From NCBI GenBank assembly GCA_050948785.1, contig JBMNEM010000004.1:68288-132287 (forward strand): a stretch of 64,000 nt of DNA, in the 5' to 3' direction. The position numbers and the translations under genes are program-made. The stretch comes from Dethiobacteria bacterium. GTDB lineage: Bacteria > Bacillota > Dethiobacteria > DTU022 > UBA8154. Position 1 is the stretch's first letter. Every line of letters starts with the position of its first letter. The notes under the pieces were generated by a model. That model did no database searches, had not been told where the DNA came from, and saw nothing but the letters and a program-made list of their open reading frames with translations. Positions 20,386 to 30,431 of the stretch are shown in pieces.

Positions 20386-21321
20386 TCACCTTTTTATTAT
20401 ATACTCCAATAAATATGCAAATTTGTCAACAACAGGCAGAAGAACAATCGCTCCCGCTAAATTATAAAGCGTATGCGCGTTGGCAACTTGCCGTGGAAGA
20501 TCATGAGAAGTAACACCGATTAACCATAAGAAATGTTGCCAGAAAGGAATAATGATCAAAATCGAAGCGATATTAAAAAAAAGGTGCCCCCAGGCAACTT
20601 GCCTGGCCGGTAAAATAGTCCCCAAGGCAGCTAGCATAGAGGTAACACAAGTCCCCAGATCTGCCCCCAAAATCATGGCGAGTGCTTCCGGTAAGCTGAG
20701 CATCCTTTCTTTTGCCAGCACCACCACCATCCCGATTGTTACACTGCTGCTTTGTAAAATTGCCGCCGCCATAGCCCCGGTCAGGACACCTTTCCAGGGC
20801 GCGCCTTTACTAAACAGATATAATTCCTGGTAAAAAACAGTCATGGATAAAGGTTCCAGGGCTACCGCCAGCAGCTCAATCCCTCCTAAAACTGCCGCCA
20901 ATCCCCATAAAACTTTGCCCCCCAGGGGCCTTTTTAAAATTAATTCTGTAACGTAAAGAAAAATCCCTGCTATGATAATTGGTTTGATTAATTGCCCGGT
21001 CTCCAGAGAAAAAAGCTGGGAAGTTATCGTTGTTCCCAGATTTGCACCAATAACAATACTTAAACCCTGCTGCAGGGTTAAAAATCCCCCGTTAATAAAT
21101 CCTACAACCATGACCGTAACAAGACTGCTGCTTTGTAAAATTAAAGTGGAGATCGCCCCCAGCAAAAAACCGCGGAGGGGTGTAGAAGTATAAACCTGGA
21201 AAAAACCATGCAGGAGTCCTCCGGTAATTTTCTGCAAGTTTTGACTGACAATTTTAATTCCACCCAGAAGCAGTAACAAAGCCAGAACAAATTTCCCCAC
21301 AGTGATCAAAAACATAAACAC
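20386..21321 (-). CDS. Na+/phosphate cotransporter-family membrane protein (NptA-like, membrane core only)
   Basis: 311 aa polytopic protein with duplicated QSSS(L/V)T motifs typical of Na/Pi-cotransporter II-related proteins. Confidence 0.65.
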   Translation of the reverse strand: MFMFLITVGKFVLALLLLLGGIKIVSQNLQKITGGLLHGFFQVYTSTPLRGFLLGAISTLILQSSSLVTVMVVGFINGGFLTLQQGLSIVIGANLGTTITSQLFSLETGQLIKPIIIAGIFLYVTELILKRPLGGKVLWGLAAVLGGIELLAVALEPLSMTVFYQELYLFSKGAPWKGVLTGAMAAAILQSSSVTIGMVVVLAKERMLSLPEALAMILGADLGTCVTSMLAALGTILPARQVAWGHLFFNIASILIIIPFWQHFLWLIGVTSHDLPRQVANAHTLYNLAGAIVLLPVVDKFAYLLEYIIKR

Positions 21322-21486
21322 TCTTCCCTTGGAAATATCCTTTTATAAGGATTTGTATCCCCGCCAAGGAGTAAATAGAACCTTTCACCGGGAAAAGCGG
21401 CCCATCGTATCTGCCTACTCAAATCAATTCTTTGATAATAAAGCGCCGTTTGGGGAAAATATCAAAATGGAAAGGAGGAGAAAAAA

Positions 21487-22245
21487 TTGGAAAGTCTTAC
21501 CCATGGCAACCTTCCCCCGATAAAAAGACTGCCTGAAACCGGAACAGAAAAAACAGAGCATAAACCTTCAGAGGAAAAAAAGGAAGGTGCCTCTCTAACA
21601 GAAACAGTGGAAAAATTTGGTACCATGTCTTTACCACAACCGGATAACGAAATCTTTACTTTAACGATCATCGGGCAAATAGAAGGACATTTGGTTTTGC
21701 CACCACAGAATAAAACAACAAAATATGAACATATCATTCCTCAACTGGTAGCTGTAGAACAAAGCTCACAAATCGAAGGTGCACTGGTTATCCTCAATAC
21801 GGTCGGAGGTGATGTTGAAGCCGGACTGGCTATTGCCGAAATGCTCAATACTCTTTCCAAACCTACCGTCTCCCTGGTGCTGGGGGGGGGACACTCCATC
21901 GGTGTGGTCATCTCCTGTGGGTGTGATTATTCCTATATTGCCGAAACAGCGACGATGACAATCCACCCCATCAGATTGACAGGTTTGGTCGTCGGGGTAA
22001 GCCAGGTGTTTGATTATCTGGACAAGATGCAGGAAAGAATCATTGATTTTGTCGTCCATCACTCCAAAATCTCCCGGGAAAGATTCAAAGAGTTGATGTT
22101 CAATACAGGCCAGTTGGGAAGAGACATCGGCACAGTCCTGGTAGGGCATGAAGCGGTAGATGTCGGCCTGATCAACGCTGTCGGAGGGATCTCTACAGCA
22201 GTGAATAAACTCAGGGAACTAATTCGCCAAAGGAAAGAGGAATAA
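21487..22245 (+). CDS. ClpP-family protease-like protein (TepA/YmfB-like)
   Basis: TTG start at 21487 with AGGAGGA 9 nt upstream. The ClpP-like core is [14 protein letters not shown]...[10 protein letters not shown]...TMTIHPI. Confidence 0.7.
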   Translation: MESLTHGNLPPIKRLPETGTEKTEHKPSEEKKEGASLTETVEKFGTMSLPQPDNEIFTLTIIGQIEGHLVLPPQNKTTKYEHIIPQLVAVEQSSQIEGALVILNTVGGDVEAGLAIAEMLNTLSKPTVSLVLGGGHSIGVVISCGCDYSYIAETATMTIHPIRLTGLVVGVSQVFDYLDKMQERIIDFVVHHSKISRERFKELMFNTGQLGRDIGTVLVGHEAVDVGLINAVGGISTAVNKLRELIRQRKEE

Positions 22246-22250
22246 ACCAA

Positions 22251-22475
22251 GTGATCTTGTACACAACGATACCATTGGAAGAAATCTTTAAAGAAGACGA
22301 AAAAAAAGCTGAATATATACAGATTCCTTACAGCAGGGGCATAATTGAGGTAGAGCTCATCTCGGCCTCCACAGCAAAAATAGTGCGTTTAATCAGCCGT
22401 GATTTAAATGATTACCTGCAGCCCCAATTCCAACCCGGGACCGAGATCAAGCTCAAATGGGAAATAGACCTCTGA
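22251..22475 (+). CDS. YlzJ-like small protein
   Basis: 74 aa with a GTG start, placed immediately after the TepA-like gene as in Bacillus (tepA-ylzJ-rnj neighbourhood). Confidence 0.5.
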   Translation: MILYTTIPLEEIFKEDEKKAEYIQIPYSRGIIEVELISASTAKIVRLISRDLNDYLQPQFQPGTEIKLKWEIDL

Positions 22476-22529
22476 CCGTGCCTCAAGAAATACCCTGCCG
22501 GATACTGGATAATTCGGGATCCAGCCGGA

Positions 22530-23051
22530 TCAGATAACTTTTACCCCGAGGGTTTTTTCCATTTCTTTTAAGGCAAATTCGTGTGTTTCTTGATCAAAAG
22601 AAGCTACACAATTTTTTCTGACCGTGACATCATAGTGCCGCATACGGGCATCAGCGGCTGTATAAAGAACACAGATCTGAGTACAAACACCGGTAAGCTC
22701 CAGCTCTTGAACACCCAGTTCCCGTAGGGTCAGATCCAGGTCAGTACCAAAAAAAGCACTGTATCGCCTTTTGCTGATCAGAAAGTCTTCTTCCCGGGGA
22801 GCAAGTTCATCGACTACCTCCCCGCCCCATTCACCGGCCAGGCAGTGGGCCGGAAACATTTCAAACTCGGGATCATGTTGAAGATGGCTGTCCATGATAT
22901 AAATAACAGGCTTTTCCTCCAGACGCCATTCTTTTAAGCGCGCCGCCACGTTTTGAATTATAGCCTTGGAACCTGCACCGATATAAAGACTCCCGTCCCT
23001 TTCCAGAAAATCACGCAGCATGTCGATAATTAAAAGGGCTCTGGCCATCAA
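22530..23051 (-). CDS. isochorismatase-family cysteine hydrolase (nicotinamidase-like)
   Basis: 173 aa: ALLIIDMLRDF...LTGVCTQICVLYTAADA, the isochorismatase fold with a catalytic Cys. Confidence 0.75.
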   Translation of the reverse strand: MMARALLIIDMLRDFLERDGSLYIGAGSKAIIQNVAARLKEWRLEEKPVIYIMDSHLQHDPEFEMFPAHCLAGEWGGEVVDELAPREEDFLISKRRYSAFFGTDLDLTLRELGVQELELTGVCTQICVLYTAADARMRHYDVTVRKNCVASFDQETHEFALKEMEKTLGVKVI

Positions 23052-23288
23052 ATCACCTCTGCATAAAAATTTTACGGTTCCCTCTGAAAATATTCTATTC
23101 TTACTTGCAATTCCTCTTGATGCATAGTTTAACCAGAAATTCCACCAATAATAGTCATCCCGGGCAGAAAATTTCTTATTGCGGGCACCTTCATCATTAA
23201 TCCCTATCGATAAATCCAGAGGCTTTATAGCCGGTAAAAGTTCAGCTATCGGCAGCCCCCGGGTTTATCTGTCTGGTCTTTCTTCTTA

Positions 23289-25049
23289 CTATACTTCCAT
23301 AATTACCGGTAAAATCATCGGCCTTCTGCCTGTTTTTTCCCATAAAAATTTGCTGACAGAATCCCGCACGCTATTTTTAATCGTAGTCCAATCACTGATT
23401 TTCTTCTGCCTTAAACCATCGAGTACCTTCGCCACGTTTTCCCGGGCCTCTTCCAACAGCTCTTCGGATTCTTTAACATACACAAACCCCCTGGAAAAAA
23501 CATCCGGCCCGGAAACAATTCTTTTTGCTTTGCTATCCATAGCAATGACAACGATAAAAATCCCGTCCCGGGATAAAACCTGCCTGTCGCGAAGGACAAT
23601 ATTGCCCACATCGCCTACGCCAAGACCATCGACAAAGATACCGCCGGCCTGGACCGAAGATAAAACCCTTCCCTGTGAGGAAGAAAACTCCATCACAGTG
23701 CCGTTGTCCACGATCAGGATGTTCTCTTTTTTGATGCCCATTTTTTCTGCCAGTTCAGCGTGATGGATAAGATGCCGGTATTCCCCGTGTACCGGTATTA
23801 AATACTTGGGGCGCAGCAAACTAAGCATCAGCTTTAATTCTTCCTGACTTCCATGGCCGGAAACATGAACACCCGACACAGCCTCATAAATTACTTTGGC
23901 CCCTTGCCGGAAAAGGTTGTCAATCGTGCGTGAGACAAGCTTTTCATTACCGGGGATTGGGTTGGCGGCAATGACAACAGTATCGCTGGGTACAATTTCC
24001 AATTTCCGATGAGTCGAACTGGACAGCCTCGCCAGAGCAGACATCGGCTCCCCTTGCGTGCCCGTGGTCAGCACCACAACCCGGTTGTTAGAAAAACTTT
24101 TAACCTCCTCCACATCAATAAGGGTAAAGGGAGGTATGTGCAGGTAACCCAGCCTTTGAGCGATTTCGACAACGTTTACCATGCTCCGTCCGTCTACAGC
24201 CAGTTTTCTTCCTGAAAAACTGGTGGCATTAACAATCTGTTGTATACGGTAAATATTCGAAGCAAAAGATGCAATGATGATCCGGCCTTCGGCAGAAAGA
24301 AATATCTCTTTCAGTGTTTCTCCTACTTTTGATTCCGAACACGTATAACCAGGGCGTTCAGCGTTTGTACTATCTGCTAAAGCAACCAGCACTCCCTCCT
24401 TACCTATTTCCGCCAAACTATGGAAATCGGTACCTTTCCCCTGCACCGGAGTGTGATCGAACTTAAAGTCGCTGGTATAAACGACGTTGCCGGCAGGTGT
24501 TTTTAAAACAAACCCTACAGAATCGGGGATGCTGTGATTTGTAGCAAAAGACTGGATTCTGAACGATCCAATTTTAATTTCCTCACCGGCACTAATCTCA
24601 GAGAGCACAGTACTTTGATGTAACCCAAATTCCTCCAACTTTACTTTTAAAAGTCCTATAGTTAGCCTTGTCCCGTAAATAGGAACATTTATTTTCGGAA
24701 GAATGTAAGGTAAGGCACCAATATGGTCCTCATGACCGTGTGACAGAAGAATAGCTTTAATTTTATCTTTATTTTCCAAAAGATAGGTTATATCCGGTAT
24801 AACTATATCTACACCCAGCATTTCTTCTTCCGGGAACGCCAAGCCGGCATCAAGGACAATGATTTCTTCATTGTAGTTCACTACAAAAATATTTTTACCA
24901 ATCTCACCTATACCACCCAAGGGTATGATCTGAAGCTTATCTACTTGTTTTAATTTATCTGCTTTCTTTCTTTTTCTTTTAATTTTGAACCGCAAAAAAA
25001 AACGCACCTCTCTCGAGCGTAATTTAGCACCCCTTACTATTAGAGCCAT
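23289..25049 (-). CDS. rnj: ribonuclease J
   Basis: 586 aa with a metallo-beta-lactamase motif (LLSHGHEDHIGALPY), a beta-CASP domain and a C-terminal domain. The N-terminal basic extension and the exact start are uncertain; in-frame GTG or TTG alternatives exist. Confidence 0.9.
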   Translation of the reverse strand: MALIVRGAKLRSREVRFFLRFKIKRKRKKADKLKQVDKLQIIPLGGIGEIGKNIFVVNYNEEIIVLDAGLAFPEEEMLGVDIVIPDITYLLENKDKIKAILLSHGHEDHIGALPYILPKINVPIYGTRLTIGLLKVKLEEFGLHQSTVLSEISAGEEIKIGSFRIQSFATNHSIPDSVGFVLKTPAGNVVYTSDFKFDHTPVQGKGTDFHSLAEIGKEGVLVALADSTNAERPGYTCSESKVGETLKEIFLSAEGRIIIASFASNIYRIQQIVNATSFSGRKLAVDGRSMVNVVEIAQRLGYLHIPPFTLIDVEEVKSFSNNRVVVLTTGTQGEPMSALARLSSSTHRKLEIVPSDTVVIAANPIPGNEKLVSRTIDNLFRQGAKVIYEAVSGVHVSGHGSQEELKLMLSLLRPKYLIPVHGEYRHLIHHAELAEKMGIKKENILIVDNGTVMEFSSSQGRVLSSVQAGGIFVDGLGVGDVGNIVLRDRQVLSRDGIFIVVIAMDSKAKRIVSGPDVFSRGFVYVKESEELLEEARENVAKVLDGLRQKKISDWTTIKNSVRDSVSKFLWEKTGRRPMILPVIMEV

Positions 25050-25080
25050 TATACTTTAATTTTGGCCTCAGGGCAAACGC

Positions 25081-25124
25081 AAAATACTAAGATACCCCTT
25101 TTAAGGGGTATCTTAGTATTTTAG
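25081..25124. terminator. long perfect palindrome, terminator between dapA and rnj
   Basis: AAAATACTAAGATACCCCTT-ttaa-AAGGGGTATCTTAGTATTTT, a 20-bp stem. Confidence 0.6.
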
Positions 25125-25209
25125 ACGGTAAAAAACATTTCTGACTGCTCATTAAACCTAATGCTAGCTCTGCAGAAAGAAAGTGCAAGTTCCACTATCC
25201 TAAAAGTAT

Positions 25210-26100
25210 TTATAACAGGTTATAATGGCGCAGCAGCTCTTTTAAGTTTGCAGCAAGATTTTCTGTCAAAGGGCACAGGGGTAACCTGGGTTCTCCAACC
25301 TCCTGGCCAATCATGTTCAGGGCAGCCTTGACAGGGATTGGATTGGCCACGACAAATAAACCATTAAAGAGTGGTAACAATTTTTGATGAATTTTCGCCG
25401 CTTCATTTACTTTACCTGCAAAAAAAGTCTCAATCATTTTTTTAATTTCCAGCCCTATAAGGTGTGAAGTAACACTGACTACTCCTACCCCCCCGACACT
25501 GAGAACGGGAAGTGTTAGAGAATCATCTCCGCTATAAACAGAAAACCCTTCCGGCGCCCTGGCACAAATATATGTAATCTGCTCTAAATTGCCGCCTGCC
25601 TCCTTTACGGCAACAATATTCTCTATTTCAGCCAGCCTTAATGTTGTCTCCGCCGCAAGGTTTATAGCCGTCCTCCCCGGTACATTATAGAGCATTATTG
25701 GTAGGGAAACTGCTTCGGCAATACTTTTGAAATGCCGGTAAAGGCCTTCCTGAGGAGGCTTATTATAGTAAGGGGTAACCAACATAATGCCGTCTACCCC
25801 GGCCTCTTCAGCCCTTTTACTTAATTCTATAGCTTCCCGGGTTGAGTTTCCGCCGGTTCCGGCAATAATTTTTATCCGGCCCTTGACCACCTCTAAAGCA
25901 GTTTTACAGATATTGATTTTTTCGTCAGCGGAAAGAGTAGGCGATTCCCCGGTAGTTCCAGCTAACACCAGCCCATCAGAACCCGTTTTTAACAAGTGTT
26001 CGGCTAATTCAGCCACCTTATCGTAATCTACTCTTAAATCCCGATAAAAAGGCGTGACCATCGCGGTAATTAAAGAACCAAAGGCATTTTTTTGCCGCAA
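25210..26100 (-). CDS. dapA: 4-hydroxy-tetrahydrodipicolinate synthase
   Basis: 296 aa: ITAMVTPF...LVLAGTTGESPTLS, the DapA signature. Confidence 0.92.
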   Translation of the reverse strand: MRQKNAFGSLITAMVTPFYRDLRVDYDKVAELAEHLLKTGSDGLVLAGTTGESPTLSADEKINICKTALEVVKGRIKIIAGTGGNSTREAIELSKRAEEAGVDGIMLVTPYYNKPPQEGLYRHFKSIAEAVSLPIMLYNVPGRTAINLAAETTLRLAEIENIVAVKEAGGNLEQITYICARAPEGFSVYSGDDSLTLPVLSVGGVGVVSVTSHLIGLEIKKMIETFFAGKVNEAAKIHQKLLPLFNGLFVVANPIPVKAALNMIGQEVGEPRLPLCPLTENLAANLKELLRHYNLL

Positions 26101-26185
26101 TGACTAAACCTCCTTTCTGCTAGCTTACAACTAGTAGTTATTATAACAAAGCCAAAAAGAACTTTCAAACAAATAAACAGCTTTT

Positions 26186-26797
26186 TTAAATTACACACCG
26201 CGAATCATTTGGCAATAAAACCGGTTGTATTTGTTCCTTTTTTAGAGCCCTTTCAATTGTCGGCAACAGCATACCCATGCTGGCCACCAGAGAATTTGGT
26301 TTTTGGAAGGGATCATCCTGCCCAAAAGGAACCATAAAAATATTTTTGGTCACCAGCAAAACACCGATATTTCTAGCGTTTAAACCCAAGCCATCATTGG
26401 TGGCCAGAGCCAAAACAACCGGCCGGAGATTCCTTAAGTGCCCCTTTGCAGCCATTAATACTGCCGTGTCGGTGATGCCATTTGCCAGTTTGGCCAGCGT
26501 ATTTCCTGTACAGGGAGCGATAACAAGCAAATCAAATAACTTCTGGGGACCGCATGGCTCCGCCTCCACAATACTTTTAATGATTCTATTACCCGTAATC
26601 TCCCGTAATTGCTCTTTTATTTTTTTTGCTTCGCCAAAACGTGTATTGGTATGCTTGACAGAAAAGGATATGATCGGGGTTACTTGGGCGCCTGCAGCGA
26701 CGAGCTTTTCAACCTGGGCAAAAATCTCTCCAATCGTACAATGAGAGCCGGTTAAAGCAAAACCAACCCTTACACCCTGAAGATTCAACTTATTCAC
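26186..26797 (-). CDS. dpaB: dipicolinate synthase subunit B (flavoprotein)
   Basis: 203 aa flavoprotein fold: GVRVGFALTGSHCT...APCTGNTLAKLANGI. Confidence 0.88.
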   Translation of the reverse strand: MNKLNLQGVRVGFALTGSHCTIGEIFAQVEKLVAAGAQVTPIISFSVKHTNTRFGEAKKIKEQLREITGNRIIKSIVEAEPCGPQKLFDLLVIAPCTGNTLAKLANGITDTAVLMAAKGHLRNLRPVVLALATNDGLGLNARNIGVLLVTKNIFMVPFGQDDPFQKPNSLVASMGMLLPTIERALKKEQIQPVLLPNDSRCVI

Positions 26798-27689
26798 CTC
26801 TTTTTAACGATGAGATCATCAGATCCGGATAGGCTTTACACAGTATCTGTGCAGCAGTTTTGGGGGCAACCTTACCCGGCAGTCCCGGCAAAGGAATCGC
26901 CTTGATATTTAGCCTCTCTGCCACGGGAAAATCAACCCCTCCGGGATATGTGGCAATATCAATCACCAGGACAGATTTATTGGCGCGATAAAGAACCTCC
27001 GCATCTAAAACAACTGTAGGAATTGTGTTGAAAATAATATCCGCTTTATAAACCTCCTCGGGAAGGTCATCCAACAGCAAAGGTTTCATCTTGTATGCCT
27101 CTATCCAGGCCAAAACCTCTTTACGCCGAACCGCAACTGTGACTTCCGCACCTAAAGCCTGTAAAGTTTTGGCTAAAATATTTCCGCAACGCCCAAAACC
27201 GAGAACAAAACTTTGGCTGTTATGGATAGTGATTTCAGTATTGGCCATGGCCACCTGAATTGCCCCTTCAGCTGTTGGTATTGCGTTTGGAATCGAAATT
27301 TCATCCATCCCCCTTGTTTCCAAAACAGAAATGTTTTTTTGTAAAAAAATTTCCTTTAAAGACGGCCAAACATATCCGGCAATAAAAAGTGTTTTTGGTT
27401 GAAGGGCATGCATAATTTCCGGTTTATTCAAAAAAACTTTTTCTCTTGCATATGGAGCGTAAACCTCGCTGTTTGCTTCAATACCGGCCAGAGGTGTAAT
27501 AATCACATCTGACAGCCGGATCGATTCAATCAAGTTATCAGTAAGAGCAATCTCTTTTGCAGAAGGGTATTTCTCAAAACCATACAGATAAACATTTGCG
27601 CCGATTTTCTTTAAATGAGCATAGAGCTCAACTTCTCTGCTATCCCCCCCTATTATCAGAATATTCAGCCCTAATAAAATAATATCCAA
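26790..27689 (-). CDS. dpaA: dipicolinate synthase subunit A
   Basis: 299 aa with an N-terminal Rossmann-like segment (ILIIGGDSREVELY). It overlaps dpaB by 8 bp. Confidence 0.85.
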   Translation of the reverse strand: MDIILLGLNILIIGGDSREVELYAHLKKIGANVYLYGFEKYPSAKEIALTDNLIESIRLSDVIITPLAGIEANSEVYAPYAREKVFLNKPEIMHALQPKTLFIAGYVWPSLKEIFLQKNISVLETRGMDEISIPNAIPTAEGAIQVAMANTEITIHNSQSFVLGFGRCGNILAKTLQALGAEVTVAVRRKEVLAWIEAYKMKPLLLDDLPEEVYKADIIFNTIPTVVLDAEVLYRANKSVLVIDIATYPGGVDFPVAERLNIKAIPLPGLPGKVAPKTAAQILCKAYPDLMISSLKRGE

Positions 27690-27842
27690 GCTGTAATCAC
27701 CTCTTTGGGAAAAAGCTGCCGACCACAGGGATCGTCCTCACGGAGATCCGCGGACGTTCGGAAAAAGCCTTCTTTATAAAAATAACTTTGTTCCAGGTCA
27801 TTTCATCGCCTGTTTAGCAGATCAATACCGGGACTTTGCTCT

Positions 27843-27871
27843 ATATTATGCTTCATTTTATGATAATGTGA
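27843..27871 (-). promoter_or_regulatory. candidate sigmaK-type promoter upstream of dpaA-dpaB
   Basis: Minus strand reads cAC-(17 nt)-CATAATATA, matching the AC / CATA---TA mother-cell sigmaK consensus about 150 nt upstream of the dpaA start. Confidence 0.3.
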
Positions 27872-27984
27872 GCAGGATTTTGGGGATACCCCTTAACTTT
27901 CAGGCAATCTTGTACATAATAAAAACGCGCCATTTCTGACACGTCCAACCAAGGTAAGAACAGTTTGTGCGACGTATAAAGCTT

Positions 27985-28135
27985 AGGGCCTGCCACGGGG
28001 ACAGTCCTTGTGGTCGTACAGCTGGCCGTACACTAGGGACTGTCCCCCCTAGGCAACCGGAGGGACAGTCCCCGTGGCAGGTGAGCATGGGGAGTGAGCT
28101 CTGCCGGGCAGGCCGGTAGCCCCCCCGCCAGCGAG
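27985..28135. repeat. GC-rich non-coding element with nested inverted repeats
   Basis: CTGCCACGGGGACAGTCC (27990-28007) and its near-exact reverse complement GGGACAGTCCCCGTGGCAG (28062-28080) flank a 55-nt core. The core contains the palindromic hairpin CTAGGGACTGTCCCCCCTAG (28033-28052). Further GC-rich dyads follow up to about 28135. Confidence 0.5.
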
Positions 28136-28228
28136 CTACAGCGGGCCGTAAGCTGAACTGTAAAATTTGAAAATTTGATTTGAGCTTAACTCTTCAGCTT
28201 TGCCGCCAGCACTCTCCAACGTCATTTT

Positions 28229-28726
28229 CTAATGGGACTCCACATCTTCTGCACCATAGCGATTTAAAGTGGAAATAACCTGCTGGACCTTATCGTCTTC
28301 CGTTTTAACGGATACGAGGATATCTCCTCTTTTTACTCTTTCCTCAAAGTGGCGTCCTCTTTCTTCGGGGATCCCAAAATCAACCAGGCCGCCTACTAGG
28401 CCTCCCCCGACAATGCCCGTAAGGAAAGCAGCCAAGGGTCCAGCCGCAACAATGGGGCCAATACCCGGTATAAGTAGTGCCCCGGCTCCCGCTAAAAGTC
28501 CCGTTATGCCCCCGAGCGCTCCGCCGGTAAATATTCCTTCACCGAGGTTTTGTCTCTCCATGGTTAAACGTTCATTACCTTCGCCTTCTTCTCCGTAACC
28601 CTCTCCCTTTTTTTCTCTGGCAACCAGGGAAATTTCTTTTTCATCAAACCCCTGGCTTTTAAGTTCATTAATAGCTTCCTTCGCGCGCTCCTGACTGCGA
28701 AAAACACCAATGATCGCTTTTGCCAT
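28229..28726 (-). CDS. YflT/DUF1269-like general stress protein
   Basis: I chose the ATG at 28726, with AGGAGG 7 nt upstream. It reads MAKAIIGVFRSQERAKEAINELKSQGF and has a glycine-zipper segment. Confidence 0.65.
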   Translation of the reverse strand: MAKAIIGVFRSQERAKEAINELKSQGFDEKEISLVAREKKGEGYGEEGEGNERLTMERQNLGEGIFTGGALGGITGLLAGAGALLIPGIGPIVAAGPLAAFLTGIVGGGLVGGLVDFGIPEERGRHFEERVKRGDILVSVKTEDDKVQQVISTLNRYGAEDVESH

Positions 28727-28817
28727 GAAATTTCCTCCTTTTTTTGACTCATGCTGCAATGTATTATTTCCATTAAATTTCCTTCTATTCACCGGAAAAG
28801 GTCTAAAAATAAAAAAA

Positions 28818-28848
28818 AGCGGTCGCCTTAAACCCGCTTTTCATTAAC
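28818..28848 (-). terminator. intrinsic terminator downstream of dut
   Basis: Minus strand AAAGCGG-gtttaaggcga-CCGCTTT followed by TTTTTTATTTTT. Confidence 0.55.
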
Positions 28849-28862
28849 TCTTTCGTACTTTA

Positions 28863-29327
28863 TTAGAATCTTCCGGTATGGCCAAATCCTCCGGCATCCC
28901 GCCCCGATAAGGGCAGCTCCTCAACCTCTTGCCACTCTATCCTCACCAGGGCTTGAATAACCAGCTGGGCGATTCGTTCACCCCTTTGAATGAAATAGGG
29001 GTTGTCCCCCAGATTGATCAAAATTACTTTTATTTCCCCCCTGTAATCTGCATCGATAGTGCCCGGCGAATTTAAAACAGTGACACCATGTTTTATGGCC
29101 AGCCCACTGCGGGGTCTTACCTGTCCCTCATACCCCGGGGGAATAGCCAAGGCCAGGCCGGTCGGAATTAACTTGATTTCCCCTGGATTTAAGAGCGTCC
29201 TTCCCTCTACAGCAGCAAAGAGATCTATTCCTGCAGAATGTTTAGTCGCATAACCGGGCAGAGGAAGATCCTCGGCATGGGACAACTTTGTTACCAATAT
29301 ATCTACTTTTTCGGGTATTTTACGCAT
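28863..29327 (-). CDS. dut: dUTP diphosphatase
   Basis: Motifs [28 protein letters not shown] and the C-terminal GFGHTG. I chose the ATG at 29327; the track ORF starts at a TTG at 29378. Confidence 0.9.
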   Translation of the reverse strand: MRKIPEKVDILVTKLSHAEDLPLPGYATKHSAGIDLFAAVEGRTLLNPGEIKLIPTGLALAIPPGYEGQVRPRSGLAIKHGVTVLNSPGTIDADYRGEIKVILINLGDNPYFIQRGERIAQLVIQALVRIEWQEVEELPLSGRDAGGFGHTGRF

Positions 29328-29597
29328 TTTTTCAGCCCAGTCTCCTTTTAGCCAAACATATTCTTGATTCCTCTGCAAAAGAACTTTCGCTTAATCATCA
29401 CAAGGTTAAAGTGGGGAGCAATATTTATCTGAATCAAGAAATTAACTTCATGCAGAGAAATCATTCTTAGTGTATTTTTTAAATCCACTTTTGTCAATAC
29501 CGTTCCCCGGCCGGAATAGGATCAGACTTCCAGAGGAGAAGGGATTTTCTGGCGGTCATTGCAATAGTGGCCTGCTTTCAGGATCAGGACTTGGCCT

Positions 29598-30431
29598 TTA
29601 TTCCCAGATTTCAATAACTAAAAGATAACCATGAGCGGCCGCCTTGATCATGATGAATCTATCCATACTATTTCTAAACTTAAAGTCAAGATGATTTGAA
29701 ACCGTTGCATCCATGCCCATAGGTACATAATCAACCGGCAGGCTATGCGGGTAACGTTCCACAATTTCCAGGCCGGCTTTCCGGGCAGCGTTATATAATG
29801 TGGTCGAAACCTGACATACACCACCTCCATAACCGGGAACTACAGTATTGCCTACGATAATCGGCGCCAACTCGTACCCGTGTTCAGCATCACGGGGCAT
29901 GGTAGCCCTGTTAAAAGAAAAAATTTCCCCGGGAGCCAGTAAATAGTTATTGATCTGACTGGCCGCCAAGCCAATGTTTTTCCCCCGGCCACCCCCTCCG
30001 TACCCGGTAGTAAAAGAGCTTTTTCTATGCCGGATATTCCGATAAAGATCTGCAGTAATCTCCGGCTCAAGAGGAATAAGTACCGGCTGAAGAACGGTAC
30101 CCGGCCTGGAGTTCATGATTAGCTCTATAGTAGCTTGCACATCGATTTTTTGTCCGTAAACCTGTGGTAGTATTTGGCCTGTCAGGGGATCTATAAAGGG
30201 ATTTCTGGGCTGGATAAAAAAGGCTTGGGCGAGAGATTCGACTTGCGCATAAACCTCATGCGGCAGCTTTCTTCCCAGTGGTATATCATCAAGAAACACA
30301 CCCTCCGGAACACCATGCTTGAGCCGCCTGTAACTGTCTCTGATTCCTAAGGCCAGGCAACCTGTAAGCATTAAAAGAGCAATTAGGGAAAGCGATGTTC
30401 CCTTAACCATCAAAATGGAAGTTTTCCTCAT
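29598..30431 (-). CDS. VanW-family protein (second paralog)
   Basis: 277 aa with an N-terminal TM and the VanW core GEIFSFNRATMPRDAEHGYELAPII...GGGVCQVSTTLYNAARKAG. Its start overlaps the upstream deacetylase gene by 4 bp. Confidence 0.8.
   Translation of the reverse strand: MRKTSILMVKGTSLSLIALLMLTGCLALGIRDSYRRLKHGVPEGVFLDDIPLGRKLPHEVYAQVESLAQAFFIQPRNPFIDPLTGQILPQVYGQKIDVQATIELIMNSRPGTVLQPVLIPLEPEITADLYRNIRHRKSSFTTGYGGGGRGKNIGLAASQINNYLLAPGEIFSFNRATMPRDAEHGYELAPIIVGNTVVPGYGGGVCQVSTTLYNAARKAGLEIVERYPHSLPVDYVPMGMDATVSNHLDFKFRNSMDRFIMIKAAAHGYLLVIEIWE

Noticed and set aside
22476-22529. Hairpin CTGGAT-aattcggg-ATCCAG in the convergent gap between ylzJ and the isochorismatase gene
   Set aside because: It is a short stem with weak U-tracts, plausibly a modest bidirectional terminator. 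It is not distinctive enough to call.
27900-28088. 62-aa minus-strand ORF inside the GC-rich inverted-repeat element
   Set aside because: It is low-complexity and Pro/Gly/Arg-rich with no RBS. Its reading frame simply follows the GC-rich repeats, so I treat the region as non-coding.
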